64,000 nt of DNA from an uncultured Verrucomicrobiae bacterium (lineage in GTDB: Bacteria; Verrucomicrobiota; Verrucomicrobiia; Chthoniobacterales; JAFAMB01). Each line of letters begins with the position of its first letter. Position 1 is the stretch's first letter. The stretch is taken from positions 2,880,001 through 2,944,000 of the forward strand of contig CAWIPH010000002.1 of NCBI GenBank assembly GCA_963837955.1. The letters run 5' to 3'. Below the pieces are notes generated by a model. It saw nothing but the letters and a program-made list of their open reading frames with translations, had not been told where the DNA came from and searched no databases. This document shows, in pieces, positions 47,492-56,556 of this stretch. Both the position numbers and the translations under genes were made by a program.

Positions 47492-48967
47492 CTAATCCTC
47501 CTCGAATCGCGTGTTATGCACAATGTCCTGCTGGTAAGAAAGGAAACGTTCCATAGCGACCGCCCATTCCTTTGGCATTGGTTTACGATAGGCTCGCTCG
47601 CGGGCCGCTTCGCGGGTTTCTTCGAGGATCGCTTTGACATCGAAAGTAACTATCTTGCCATCTTCCACGACGACCTTGCCATCGATAATGACCGTATGGA
47701 CGGATTGACCCAGCTCAGTAAAAGCTAAATGATGATAGGCGTCATTGAATGGAGTCAGCGAGGGACTTTCCAGATCCAATAGGACGAGATCTGCGAGGTA
47801 ACCCGGCCGAATTTGGCCAAGCTGTTGCGGGAGCATCAATGCTGCGGCTCCGCCCTCCGTGGCCATCCGAAAGACCTCACGCGAGGCGAGCCAACGGTGC
47901 GGCTCGGCCAAGGTTAAATTATGAATCAGAGCGGCCAGATGAAGATGGCCGAACATGACTTGATGGTCGCTACTCTTGGACCCGTCCGCGCCAAGCGCAG
48001 GGATGATACCGGCGTCGAACATTTTTCGAATCGGCGCAAATCCGCTGCCTAGCTTTAGGTTCGCCGCTGGATTGTGAACGGGTACGGCACCGGCACTCGC
48101 GATCCGCTCTACATCTTTGTCTGTTAACCAAACGGAGTGAGGAAGAGAAACGTCGGGACCGAGCAATCCTTCCTTGGCCAGCATGGATGTAGCAGTGCTG
48201 CTGTAAACCTTTCGGCAGACATGATCTTGGACCCGAGTTTCCATGAGATGCATATGAAGGCCGCCGTTGTAACGCCGAGCCAGGTCCCGGCAACGATGGA
48301 GGAAGTCTAAGGTAACCCATTGAACGCCGCTTGGACCGACCCAGCAACGAAGCCGCCCTTGCTCCGAGTGATGCCAATTTTTAAAAAACTCCTCGATGAT
48401 GCCAAAGAGATCTGCCTCCCCCTGCTCATCTTGCGCACCAGCGTAAACGGTTCGAACAGTCTCGTGACCGCGATCCTCTCCATCCTCAACATCATAGGAA
48501 GCATCACCGATCATCGGTGCGACACCCGCACGAATTCCACTATCGCGGTAAGCTTTCATGGCGCCGTTAATACCCGCGAGGTTGGGCTTCGGCGGCAAGG
48601 AAAGATGATCCAGGACGGAGGTAGTGCCAGATCGTAACATCTCGATCACACCGACCATCGCTGTAAGATAATGGTCTCGTTCTGAGAATGAATCGGATCC
48701 CCATACGAGGTGAACCAACCATGGCTCGAGGGGCAATCGATCGTCAGTGGCTCGGGTAAAATTCTCCGGAGAATGCGTGTGTGCATTGATCAGTCCAGGA
48801 ATCGCTAAGAACTTATCTCCATTGATCCCGCGGTCGACCGGCTCTTCGATCGGCGCACCCGAAACGCTCTTAATTCTCTGATCTTCAATAAGGATGTTTT
48901 GGCCGGCGGAATATCCCCATGGAGCTACCGGATCCAGGACGGCACAATTTTCGATTTTGATTTTCAT
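47492..48967 (-). CDS. Amidohydrolase-family deaminase (MTA/SAH deaminase, 8-oxoguanine deaminase, AtzB-like)
   Basis: PGLINAHTH, EMLRSGTT, HMHLME, HNPAANLKLGSG and GADG motifs. Confidence 0.9.
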   Translation of the reverse strand: MKIKIENCAVLDPVAPWGYSAGQNILIEDQRIKSVSGAPIEEPVDRGINGDKFLAIPGLINAHTHSPENFTRATDDRLPLEPWLVHLVWGSDSFSERDHYLTAMVGVIEMLRSGTTSVLDHLSLPPKPNLAGINGAMKAYRDSGIRAGVAPMIGDASYDVEDGEDRGHETVRTVYAGAQDEQGEADLFGIIEEFFKNWHHSEQGRLRCWVGPSGVQWVTLDFLHRCRDLARRYNGGLHMHLMETRVQDHVCRKVYSSTATSMLAKEGLLGPDVSLPHSVWLTDKDVERIASAGAVPVHNPAANLKLGSGFAPIRKMFDAGIIPALGADGSKSSDHQVMFGHLHLAALIHNLTLAEPHRWLASREVFRMATEGGAAALMLPQQLGQIRPGYLADLVLLDLESPSLTPFNDAYHHLAFTELGQSVHTVIIDGKVVVEDGKIVTFDVKAILEETREAARERAYRKPMPKEWAVAMERFLSYQQDIVHNTRFEED

Positions 48968-48999
48968 CGGTGTTTAAGGCGACGGAGCCGGTTGCGTGA

Positions 49000-49707
49000 T
49001 CATTGCAACTTCTCACCGGCAGTTTCCGCGCCAAATTTTCGGGAGTAGTAGGTCCACGCCCTGGAAATCTCGTTTTCGAACCAACGCGCTCGATCTCTCA
49101 ATTCCTTCTGGGTGAAAGGCGGAGCCCCGCCAACGCTTGCGGCTAGCAGAAGATTTCGCGCAGACTCTTCCAAAAAGATGGCCCGCACGACTGCGGTTGC
49201 GATGGAATCACCGACTACTAAACAACCATTCCCGCGCAAGAGCACGGCGCCATAGGAGCTCAGTGTCTTCGCCACAGCATCCCCAAGAACCGGATCGACT
49301 ATAAGATCGGATTCAGGGTGGACTGGTATGAACTCACCTACGATCGCCCCGAAGCCATGAGTTGGACGGATCGACTTGCTGGCACTTCCACAAGCCACTG
49401 CGTTCGGAGAGTGGGTTCTACAGATCCCGGCGACGTCCAGTCGCTTTCGGTAGATGGCAAGGTGCATCGGCGTTTCCAGCGCCAGCGGAAAACCGGAAGC
49501 CGAAGCTTGGACGACTTGTCCGTCCACCGAAAGCTGGATCAGATCATCGATCATGGCCTGACCGGGAGCGACTGCCGGAGTAATAAGGATCAGTTCACTT
49601 TCCGGAATTCGGGCGCTCACATGCCCGAATCCCTCGGTCAGTCCAAGTCCGTCCATGATCCGGCCCGCGGTGATAATATCTCGACCAACCTTTTGGAGAA
49701 CGCTCAT
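49000..49707 (-). CDS. Class II aldolase/adducin family protein
   Basis: GFGHVSAR, ETPMHLAIY, THSP and VLLRGNG motifs. Confidence 0.85.
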   Translation of the reverse strand: MSVLQKVGRDIITAGRIMDGLGLTEGFGHVSARIPESELILITPAVAPGQAMIDDLIQLSVDGQVVQASASGFPLALETPMHLAIYRKRLDVAGICRTHSPNAVACGSASKSIRPTHGFGAIVGEFIPVHPESDLIVDPVLGDAVAKTLSSYGAVLLRGNGCLVVGDSIATAVVRAIFLEESARNLLLAASVGGAPPFTQKELRDRARWFENEISRAWTYYSRKFGAETAGEKLQ

Positions 49708-49708
49708 T

Positions 49709-51514
49709 CTAGGGAATTGAACGCGCCCAAACACGGGCGACCATTTCCGTGCAATCAAAACCGTTAGTTGGAGTCTGGTCCTGCGGACAAGCGGAGAGAA
49801 CGATCAGAAGATCTTGCAACACATCGACTATCAGAAAGCTGTCCGGCCCGTGGGTCGGCTCCAGATAGACCATCTCACCCTCTGATCCGATTTCTGTTTT
49901 CATGAAAATATTCCAGGCGGTTTCCCCACGGACAGGTAGTTGCACATTGATGGCTTGCAGGGCCTCTTCGAAGTTCGCCTTACAACTCCGATGATCGGGT
50001 AGTTCGTAGCGCTTGAGATAAGCCTCCCGGTCACAGCATGGGACGACGATGTCGTGATACCCGACGGTATCCTCTGTCACCTGGAGAAGATTGTTGCGAC
50101 GATTACTAGCCAGAAAATGTCCAGGCTTCAGATTAATAGACCAATTTTGGGTGATCGTGTGAGCTGGTGAAAGGTACTCTTCGAAATCATGCGCGTTGTA
50201 GGCGATGAGATCGCCAACTTGTTTGCCGCGGACATCGATAATCTGGAGCCGCTGACCCCGCTCCACGAAAAACGCGACTCCTTTTTTCGGTGGCGCAAGG
50301 TACTCTCCAGCTGGCACAAAACCCTCCAGGCACGCAGGCGCATTCATTTTTTTGGGATGGACGCTGGCGAGCCTGCTCGCAGCGGGAGTATTTCGGCTCT
50401 TCATGGTTTGAATTTCGCCATCGATCATCACACAGGAAATTCCGGGAAGATCGCCACCCTCGATAGCTTGAACCGCGTCGGAAAAAGCGGAGCCAATAGG
50501 CGCATCCATAATGAGGATGTCCGCATCCTTGCCGGGCTGGAGAAGACCGAGGTTTTTTCTCAGCGCGGCCGCATTATTGCCAGTAGCCAGCGCCCAGCTT
50601 TGGCCGGCCGATAGCCCGGTGAGCGCGGACATTTCAACCACCGACTTAAGCGTACCGAGCGGCATGACGCCTGTCCCAGTCGGTGTATCGCTGGAAACGA
50701 GAATCTGCGAAAGTTTGCCGGCGTCGCGGGCCAGCTCCACCAGCTTAATCGCCGATCGGATGTTCCCGGCCTGGGAGATTTGCAGGTAGAAGTCCGCGTC
50801 ATGAACCAGACGTGCCAGATCTTTCTCAGGTAGGGCCGTAGTCCCACCATTAGCATGGCCCGCGATGTCCGGACGCAGATAGAGCAGATCATCTGCGGTG
50901 ATCGCACTGCTGCCAGGAATGGACGCGCCTCCAGTATGGCTCATGACTAGGAATCCATACTTCTGCGCAGCTCGGATCTGCGGCTCTGCATCTCGATTCT
51001 TTGCGAAACCGCCAAACCCCATCTTCGCCAGCCAGACATTGGCGGCTGCTAGCTCGGCAAAATCGCCGTCCGTCAACCCCGGTTCTAAAATCACTGAGCC
51101 CGCATAGACCTTCACCCCTCCGGGCCGGTAGTTGGCATAGGCCCGTTGCGCAGTAATTGCCAAGGCCTTGACGCCGATGGGATCGGTTGGTCGACCAGGC
51201 AGGTGGACCTCGCAAGCTGACATCATCGCAGTAATGCCGCCCTGCATGTAACTCTCGATCCAGCCAAGAGCATTTTGTCGCGGGGTCCAATCGCCAAAAA
51301 CGATATGAACATGCGTGTCAATCAAGCCGGGAGCTGCGGTTGTGCCGTGGGCATCGATTAGGCGAGGCACTGAATCCAGGTCGATTTCGTCTCGCCGTCC
51401 AATCCATTCTATCTTTCCGTCTGAGATGAGAACGGTGTCTCCCGGCACATCGGGCTGATCGAGGCTGCCGCTGAGGATTCGGCCAAGGTTGGTAATGACC
51501 GTACGTTCCTTCAC
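49709..51514 (-). CDS. Enamidase-like amidohydrolase in frame with a DUF1989 (urea carboxylase-associated) domain
   Basis: PGLIDTHVH...GDWTPRQ...EVHLPGRP..HTGG..HANGG (enamidase-like), then GQRLQIID..GKQVGD..HD..CC..SC..NIFM..SACPQD (DUF1989). Confidence 0.82.
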   Translation of the reverse strand: MKERTVITNLGRILSGSLDQPDVPGDTVLISDGKIEWIGRRDEIDLDSVPRLIDAHGTTAAPGLIDTHVHIVFGDWTPRQNALGWIESYMQGGITAMMSACEVHLPGRPTDPIGVKALAITAQRAYANYRPGGVKVYAGSVILEPGLTDGDFAELAAANVWLAKMGFGGFAKNRDAEPQIRAAQKYGFLVMSHTGGASIPGSSAITADDLLYLRPDIAGHANGGTTALPEKDLARLVHDADFYLQISQAGNIRSAIKLVELARDAGKLSQILVSSDTPTGTGVMPLGTLKSVVEMSALTGLSAGQSWALATGNNAAALRKNLGLLQPGKDADILIMDAPIGSAFSDAVQAIEGGDLPGISCVMIDGEIQTMKSRNTPAASRLASVHPKKMNAPACLEGFVPAGEYLAPPKKGVAFFVERGQRLQIIDVRGKQVGDLIAYNAHDFEEYLSPAHTITQNWSINLKPGHFLASNRRNNLLQVTEDTVGYHDIVVPCCDREAYLKRYELPDHRSCKANFEEALQAINVQLPVRGETAWNIFMKTEIGSEGEMVYLEPTHGPDSFLIVDVLQDLLIVLSACPQDQTPTNGFDCTEMVARVWARSIP

Positions 51515-52098
51515 GTAAGGCCATCCTCCCCTTTAACTTCCCTGAGAGAGAGACCGCCCAAACGAGCCTGCAACCGTCCCCGGGTGGCGACTGCGACGAT
51601 AACGACCACTTCGTCAGGAGCCGGCGCGTCGGCGAAGCTGACCGTCAACGTGTCGTAATGGGAGCGGACATAGAGAGCGTCCTTGCAAGCGAGGGGTACA
51701 TCAATCGGTGACCCCAGGACTCCGCGTTTACCGGTGGACGGTACCCACGCCTTACCGCCTCCAAGTGCGTCTCGGACCGGGTTTGCGAATGCCGTCGTCA
51801 AAAAGGCATTCCCATGTTCATATTCTCCGGCTGTGCCGACGATAGCCGCTTTGCCGTAGCTTTGTGCCCCTTTCAGCTTTCCGGAAAGAGCACTAGCGAG
51901 CCGTTTCCCAAAGGCTCCCCCGAGTTCAATGGATGGTTTAACGATTTCATCCAAAACTTCGCTGTAACGTCCAGCATAAGGATTGCGGATCGCCGCGGCT
52001 ACCGCGATTTTCACGAGAGGTTCACCGTCGTACTCACCAGTCTCGTTCGACCATGTTTCGTCGACGATCGTGTACCATTTCCGAATAAAGAGCGACAT
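51511..52098 (-). CDS. DUF1185 / amino acid synthesis family protein
   Basis: AAAIRNPYAGRY, SYGKAAIVGTAGEYEHG, IDVPL..KD..RSHYD and DAPAPDEV motifs; GTGA overlap with the next gene. Confidence 0.88.
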   Translation of the reverse strand: MSLFIRKWYTIVDETWSNETGEYDGEPLVKIAVAAAIRNPYAGRYSEVLDEIVKPSIELGGAFGKRLASALSGKLKGAQSYGKAAIVGTAGEYEHGNAFLTTAFANPVRDALGGGKAWVPSTGKRGVLGSPIDVPLACKDALYVRSHYDTLTVSFADAPAPDEVVVIVAVATRGRLQARLGGLSLREVKGEDGLT

Positions 52099-52132
52099 TG
52101 GGGGCGATAATTGAGTTGGCGACGTTGCCACT

Positions 52133-52148
52133 AGCAGTTCACGTACCA
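52133..52148 (-). promoter_or_regulatory. Putative sigma54 -24/-12 promoter (TGGTACG-TGAA-CTGCT)
   Basis: GG-N10-GC spacing, about 35 nt upstream of the DUF1185 ATG; abuts the VNTR. Confidence 0.6.
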
Positions 52149-52151
52149 ACA

Positions 52152-52439
52152 GCCGGGAACGCCGAGAACGCCGGGAGCGCCGGGAACGCCGGAAGCGCCG
52201 GGAACGCCGGGAACGCCGGGAACGCCGAGAGCGCCGGGAGCGCCGGGAGCGCCGGGAACGCCGGGAACGCTGGGAACGCCGGGAACGCCGGGAGCGCCGG
52301 GAGCGCCGGGAGCGCCGGGAACGCCGGGAACGCCGGGAACGCCGGGAACGCCGGGAACGCCGGGAGCGCCGGGAGCGCCGGGAACGCCGGGAACGCTGGG
52401 AACGCCGGGAACGCCGGGAACGCCGCGAGCGCCGGGAAT
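52152..52439. repeat. 9-bp tandem repeat GCCGGGA(A/G)C x32
   Basis: Direct count: 288 bp, 32 units; a short inverted copy lies near 52571-52605. Confidence 0.95.
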
Positions 52440-52618
52440 GGCTTGGTCACCGGTCTTTGTTTTCGGCGAACCAGCGTTTGCGCTTGATTTGCTAATTCCC
52501 AATAGCTTTTCTGGCTCACTCGCCCCGATCGGCGATGACCATTGAATGCTGGCTAATGATTACGATCACTCCCGTTCTCGGCGCTCCCGGCGCTCCCGGC
52601 GTTCCTCCGTTTCCCCTG

Positions 52619-52634
52619 TGGCATCGAAGATGCT
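52619..52634 (+). promoter_or_regulatory. Putative sigma54 -24/-12 promoter (TGGCATC-GAAG-ATGCT)
   Basis: GG-N10-GC spacing; the in-frame GTG at 52646 falls near the predicted +1. Confidence 0.6.
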
Positions 52635-52645
52635 CGTTAGGCCCT

Positions 52646-53695
52646 GTGCGTTTTTCATCTCCCCGTTTCAACTTGTTTTGCCGTGCGGTCACGCTGCTCT
52701 TCGTATTGTGTGGATGTCTAGCCGCAGGCGACGCGCAGGCAAAAAAGCCGCTCCGGGTTGCACTCGTCCTTCCTGGATCTACCAGTGATAAGGGGTTTAA
52801 TGAGGTGGCCTATCTCGGTCTGCTCCAGATCGAAAAGAACTTCGGTGCCGCCATCGTCTACTCAGAGAACACGCCAATGGCAAACTACGAGCGCGTGATC
52901 CGGGGCTTTGCCGATGATGGGAACGATGTGATCATCTGCCGCGGACTTGAATTTGGCGATCTAGCCAAGAAGATCGCGCCAGATTACCCAAAACAATTTT
53001 TCGTCGTATCCGACGGGCATGAGGTCAGCGGGGCCAATGTAGTCTCAATCGAACCGAGAACCCGGGACGCCGCATTTCTGGCCGGCATCTTAGCAGGACT
53101 AACTACTAAGACGAATAAGGTCGGAGCCGTTATCGGCTTCGACTTCCCGTTGATCGTAGCCGACGTCGAAGTATTCCGTTGGGCGCTCCGATCGGTTAAT
53201 CCAAACGCCGAATTAAAAGTGATCTACTTAGGTTCGTTCGACGATGTGGCTCGCGGAAAAGAGGCGGCTTTGGAAGAAATTAATGAGGGCTGCGATGTCC
53301 TTTACCATATTGCGGACACCGCGGGCATTGGTGTAATCCAAGGCGCTGCCGAAAAAGGTGTGAAAATCATCGGGTATGGCTCTGATCAAAATCATTTAGC
53401 ACCGCAAGTTGTGTTCGCCACGGAGATTTCCGATCCACAATTCATGATGCTGGACATCATTCAAGCGATCACTGAAAAGCGCTTCGACGGTCGTCCAAGA
53501 GTGTACGGACTCGACTCACCATGCGTGGCGCTGGCAATCGCGCCGAATCTCGTTCCACCCGCTGTCCGGAGCGAGGTAGATCGATGGAAAGAAGCGATTA
53601 CGTCCGGAAAGCTCGTTGTTCCTCTAATGACCGAACGCGATTCTGGCGCTAAAGCTGAGCCGCTTCATCTCAACCAACTCCTGACCGACCGATGA
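52646..53695 (+). CDS. BMP-family ABC substrate-binding protein (nucleoside-type)
   Basis: VALVLPGSTSDKGFN, AFLAGILAG..TKTNKVG, YLGSFDD..GKEAA and DQ motifs; start trimmed. Confidence 0.9.
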   Translation: MRFSSPRFNLFCRAVTLLFVLCGCLAAGDAQAKKPLRVALVLPGSTSDKGFNEVAYLGLLQIEKNFGAAIVYSENTPMANYERVIRGFADDGNDVIICRGLEFGDLAKKIAPDYPKQFFVVSDGHEVSGANVVSIEPRTRDAAFLAGILAGLTTKTNKVGAVIGFDFPLIVADVEVFRWALRSVNPNAELKVIYLGSFDDVARGKEAALEEINEGCDVLYHIADTAGIGVIQGAAEKGVKIIGYGSDQNHLAPQVVFATEISDPQFMMLDIIQAITEKRFDGRPRVYGLDSPCVALAIAPNLVPPAVRSEVDRWKEAITSGKLVVPLMTERDSGAKAEPLHLNQLLTDR

Positions 53696-53865
53696 TAATC
53701 AAGGATTTTCCTATTTTTCCTCGAGACGCGATGCAGACCCTCAAATTCCCTGAACCAACCCAGTGTTCATTTCTGCGAGAAAGGATGCGTTCGACGCAGC
53801 CTTCGAGGCTCAGTCCGGTCCGACGAATCTGGCGCCCCTCCCTGCGAGAACGAAGGACGAGGACG

Positions 53866-54897
53866 ATGGCGGTTTCGCTTTCCCAAGCGGTTCGTGCCAT
53901 TTTGATAATTTTCGTCGCATGGGCTTTCGTCCCTGCATCGGCAGCGCCGAAAAAGTGGCGTGTCGCATTGGTTTTGCCTGGGTTGATCAGCGACAAAGGT
54001 TTTAATGCCGGCGGCTACGCCGGTCTCGTTAAAATCAAGGAGGACCTCGGTGCAGAAACCGCCTTCTCGGAAGACACTCCGACCGCAAACTATGAACGTG
54101 TGATCCGCGGTTTTGCAGATGACGGTAATAATATCATTATCATGCACGGGCTCGAGTTTACGGATCTTGCTCGGAAGATCGCTCCCGACTATCCAAAACA
54201 ATATTTTCTGGTGACGGACGGCACTGGTTTGGGTGGACCGAACGTCGCGTCGATCCGCGGGCGATCAGAAGATGCTGCGTTTCTGTGTGGTGTGGTAGCC
54301 GGTTACATGACCAAATCGAACAAGATCGGTGCTGTTATCGGCATGGATTTCCCTTTGTTGGTGGCACAAGTCGAGGCAGTGCGGCTCGGAGCGCGCTCCG
54401 CCAATCCCAATGTTACATTGTCGGTTACTTATCTCGGTACCTTTGACGATCCGTCGAAAGGCAAAGAGGCCGCCCTGGCCCAAATAGGTTCCGGGGTAGA
54501 TCTGATTTACCACATCGCGGATGCGGCAGGTATCGGCGTAATTCAAGCAGCAGACGAGAAGCGAATCAAAGCGATCGGCTGGGGTGTAGACCAAAATGCA
54601 TTAGCACCAAAAACGGTGATCACCAGCGAGGTGATGCATACTGCGGACCTCATGGAGAAAGAGGTGAAGGCGATAATGGATGGGAAATTCGACGGTCAAC
54701 CGATCATTGCCGGATTCGATGCCAGCGGAGTAGAGTTAGCTGATTATCATGGATTGGTTCCCCAGGATATCGCGGCAAAGGTCTCTCTTTGGAAAGAAGC
54801 ACTGGTATCCGGGAGACTACACATCTCCTATACCACCGAACGGGATGGAAACGTAAACGCTCCACCGGTCACGTTCCCGATAGCAAATAGCCAATAG
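53866..54897 (+). CDS. BMP-family ABC substrate-binding protein (paralogue)
   Basis: Same motifs as the upstream BMP; signal peptide from ATG 53866. Confidence 0.9.
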   Translation: MAVSLSQAVRAILIIFVAWAFVPASAAPKKWRVALVLPGLISDKGFNAGGYAGLVKIKEDLGAETAFSEDTPTANYERVIRGFADDGNNIIIMHGLEFTDLARKIAPDYPKQYFLVTDGTGLGGPNVASIRGRSEDAAFLCGVVAGYMTKSNKIGAVIGMDFPLLVAQVEAVRLGARSANPNVTLSVTYLGTFDDPSKGKEAALAQIGSGVDLIYHIADAAGIGVIQAADEKRIKAIGWGVDQNALAPKTVITSEVMHTADLMEKEVKAIMDGKFDGQPIIAGFDASGVELADYHGLVPQDIAAKVSLWKEALVSGRLHISYTTERDGNVNAPPVTFPIANSQ

Positions 54898-55014
54898 CAG
54901 ATGGCAGATAGACCCCAGCTCAATGCTACTCACTACAACCGCTGACTGCCGCATTTTGTATTCTGTTTTCGGTATCGTGTCTTCTGAATTCTAGATTCTG
55001 GATTCTGTCTGCCC

Positions 55015-56530
55015 ATGCCCTTGTTACGCGCTGAAAATATAACGAAGGTCTATCCCGATGTCGATTGCTAACGATGGAATCACATTCGAGGTAGAAAGAG
55101 GCGAGGTTCATGCGCTGCTGGGAGAAAACGGGGCGGGCAAATCGACGCTGATGAACATTCTTTATGGGCTCGTTCATCCGGATGAGGGTCGCATTTTTTG
55201 GAACGACAAACTCGTTCACCTACGCCACACCCGGGAAGCCATGCGGCTCGGGATCGGCATGGTTCACCAACATTTCAATTTGGTTCCTTGCTTTAACGCC
55301 GTGGAAAACGTCGCTCTGCAAATGCACGGGCACCGGAGCGCATGGCTGAACACGACCGCCCTCCGGAAGTCGCTCGAAAGCCTCTGCTCCGCCTTTTCCC
55401 TACGCGTCGATCTCAATATTCCAGTACAGGAGCTATCACTCGGAAGCCAACAGCGAGTGGAACTCCTAAAAGCGCTGGTAGCAAAGGCCAAACTCTTGAT
55501 CCTGGACGAACCGACCGCGGTCCTGGCGCCACCTGAAGTCGCGGAGCTCTTTGCCCTGCTTCGAGGTTTTGTTACGGACGGAGGCGCAGTGTTATTGATC
55601 ACTCACAAACTACGGGAAGTAAAAGAAGTGAGCGATCGCGTCTCCATCCTGAGAACGGGAAAGTTAGTCGCCACAGCGAAGACCGGAGAAGTATCCGAAG
55701 AAGAAATGGTCACACTGATGGTGGGACGTCCGGTAGATCTCACGGTTCGCGATGCCAGAATAGCACGACAGACTTCCGGTGAAACTGCGCTACATGTTGA
55801 AAACCTCCACGTTCGCGCCGACTCCGATCGTGAAGGTCTCCACGGTGTTTCGCTAACTGTGCATAGTGGTGAGATAGTTGGCGTGGCGGCCGTCGAGGGA
55901 AATGGCCAGACCGCTTTGTTTGAAACTATTTGTGGAATCCGTCCACCCGAATCAGGGAAAATCTGGATCCTAAGAAAGGATCGAACAGAGGCTGAGCCAG
56001 CCCAACTGCAAAGAGTGTCCATCGGACGCATCCCAGAGGATCGACAAACCACTGGGCTGCTGTTGGATATGCCTGTCTCCGATAATCTCATTTTACGCGG
56101 CTACAATCGCCCTCCTCTCAGCAGGTTCGGCTGGCAGCGCAAAAAAGAGATTCGCACCCTCACTGAACGACTGTTTCGAAGTTATGATATCCGATCTCCG
56201 AATCTCAAGATTGCCGCGCGCAAACTTTCTGGAGGGAACCAGCAAAAGATCGTGCTCGCTCGCGAATTGCATGGGCAGCCGTTGCTATTGGTAGTTTCTA
56301 ACCCGGTTCGCGGTCTCGACATTGGAGCAACCGAGTACGTTTATCGGCAGTTAGAGCTACAGCGCGCTCAAGGTGCTGCCATCCTCTTAATTTCGAGTGA
56401 CCTGGAAGAGATCCTGACCTTGAGCGACCGCGTCGCGGTGCTCTACCGGGGTAAACTCATGGGAATCGTCCCGGCTGACGATAGCAATCGCAACCTGATC
56501 GGCCTGATGATGTCGGGAATTAGGGGTTAG
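55015..56530 (+). CDS. Nucleoside/sugar ABC transporter ATPase (duplicated NBD), with an apparent +1 frameshift near the N-terminus
   Basis: GENGAGKS, LILDEPT, IPEDR and LSGGNQQK motifs. The canonical N-terminus MPLLRAENITKVYP (ATG 55015) is out of frame with the 55058 ORF. Confidence 0.88.
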
Positions 56531-56556
56531 CGGCTATCCAATCGTGGTTAACCGCT

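Noticed and set aside
52098..52519. Collagen-like, (AGN)n or (PAF)n repeat proteins
   Set aside because: A stop-free 9-bp repeat opens several frames automatically. There is no convincing start or RBS, the Gly periodicity is broken, and the ORFs overlap a predicted promoter.
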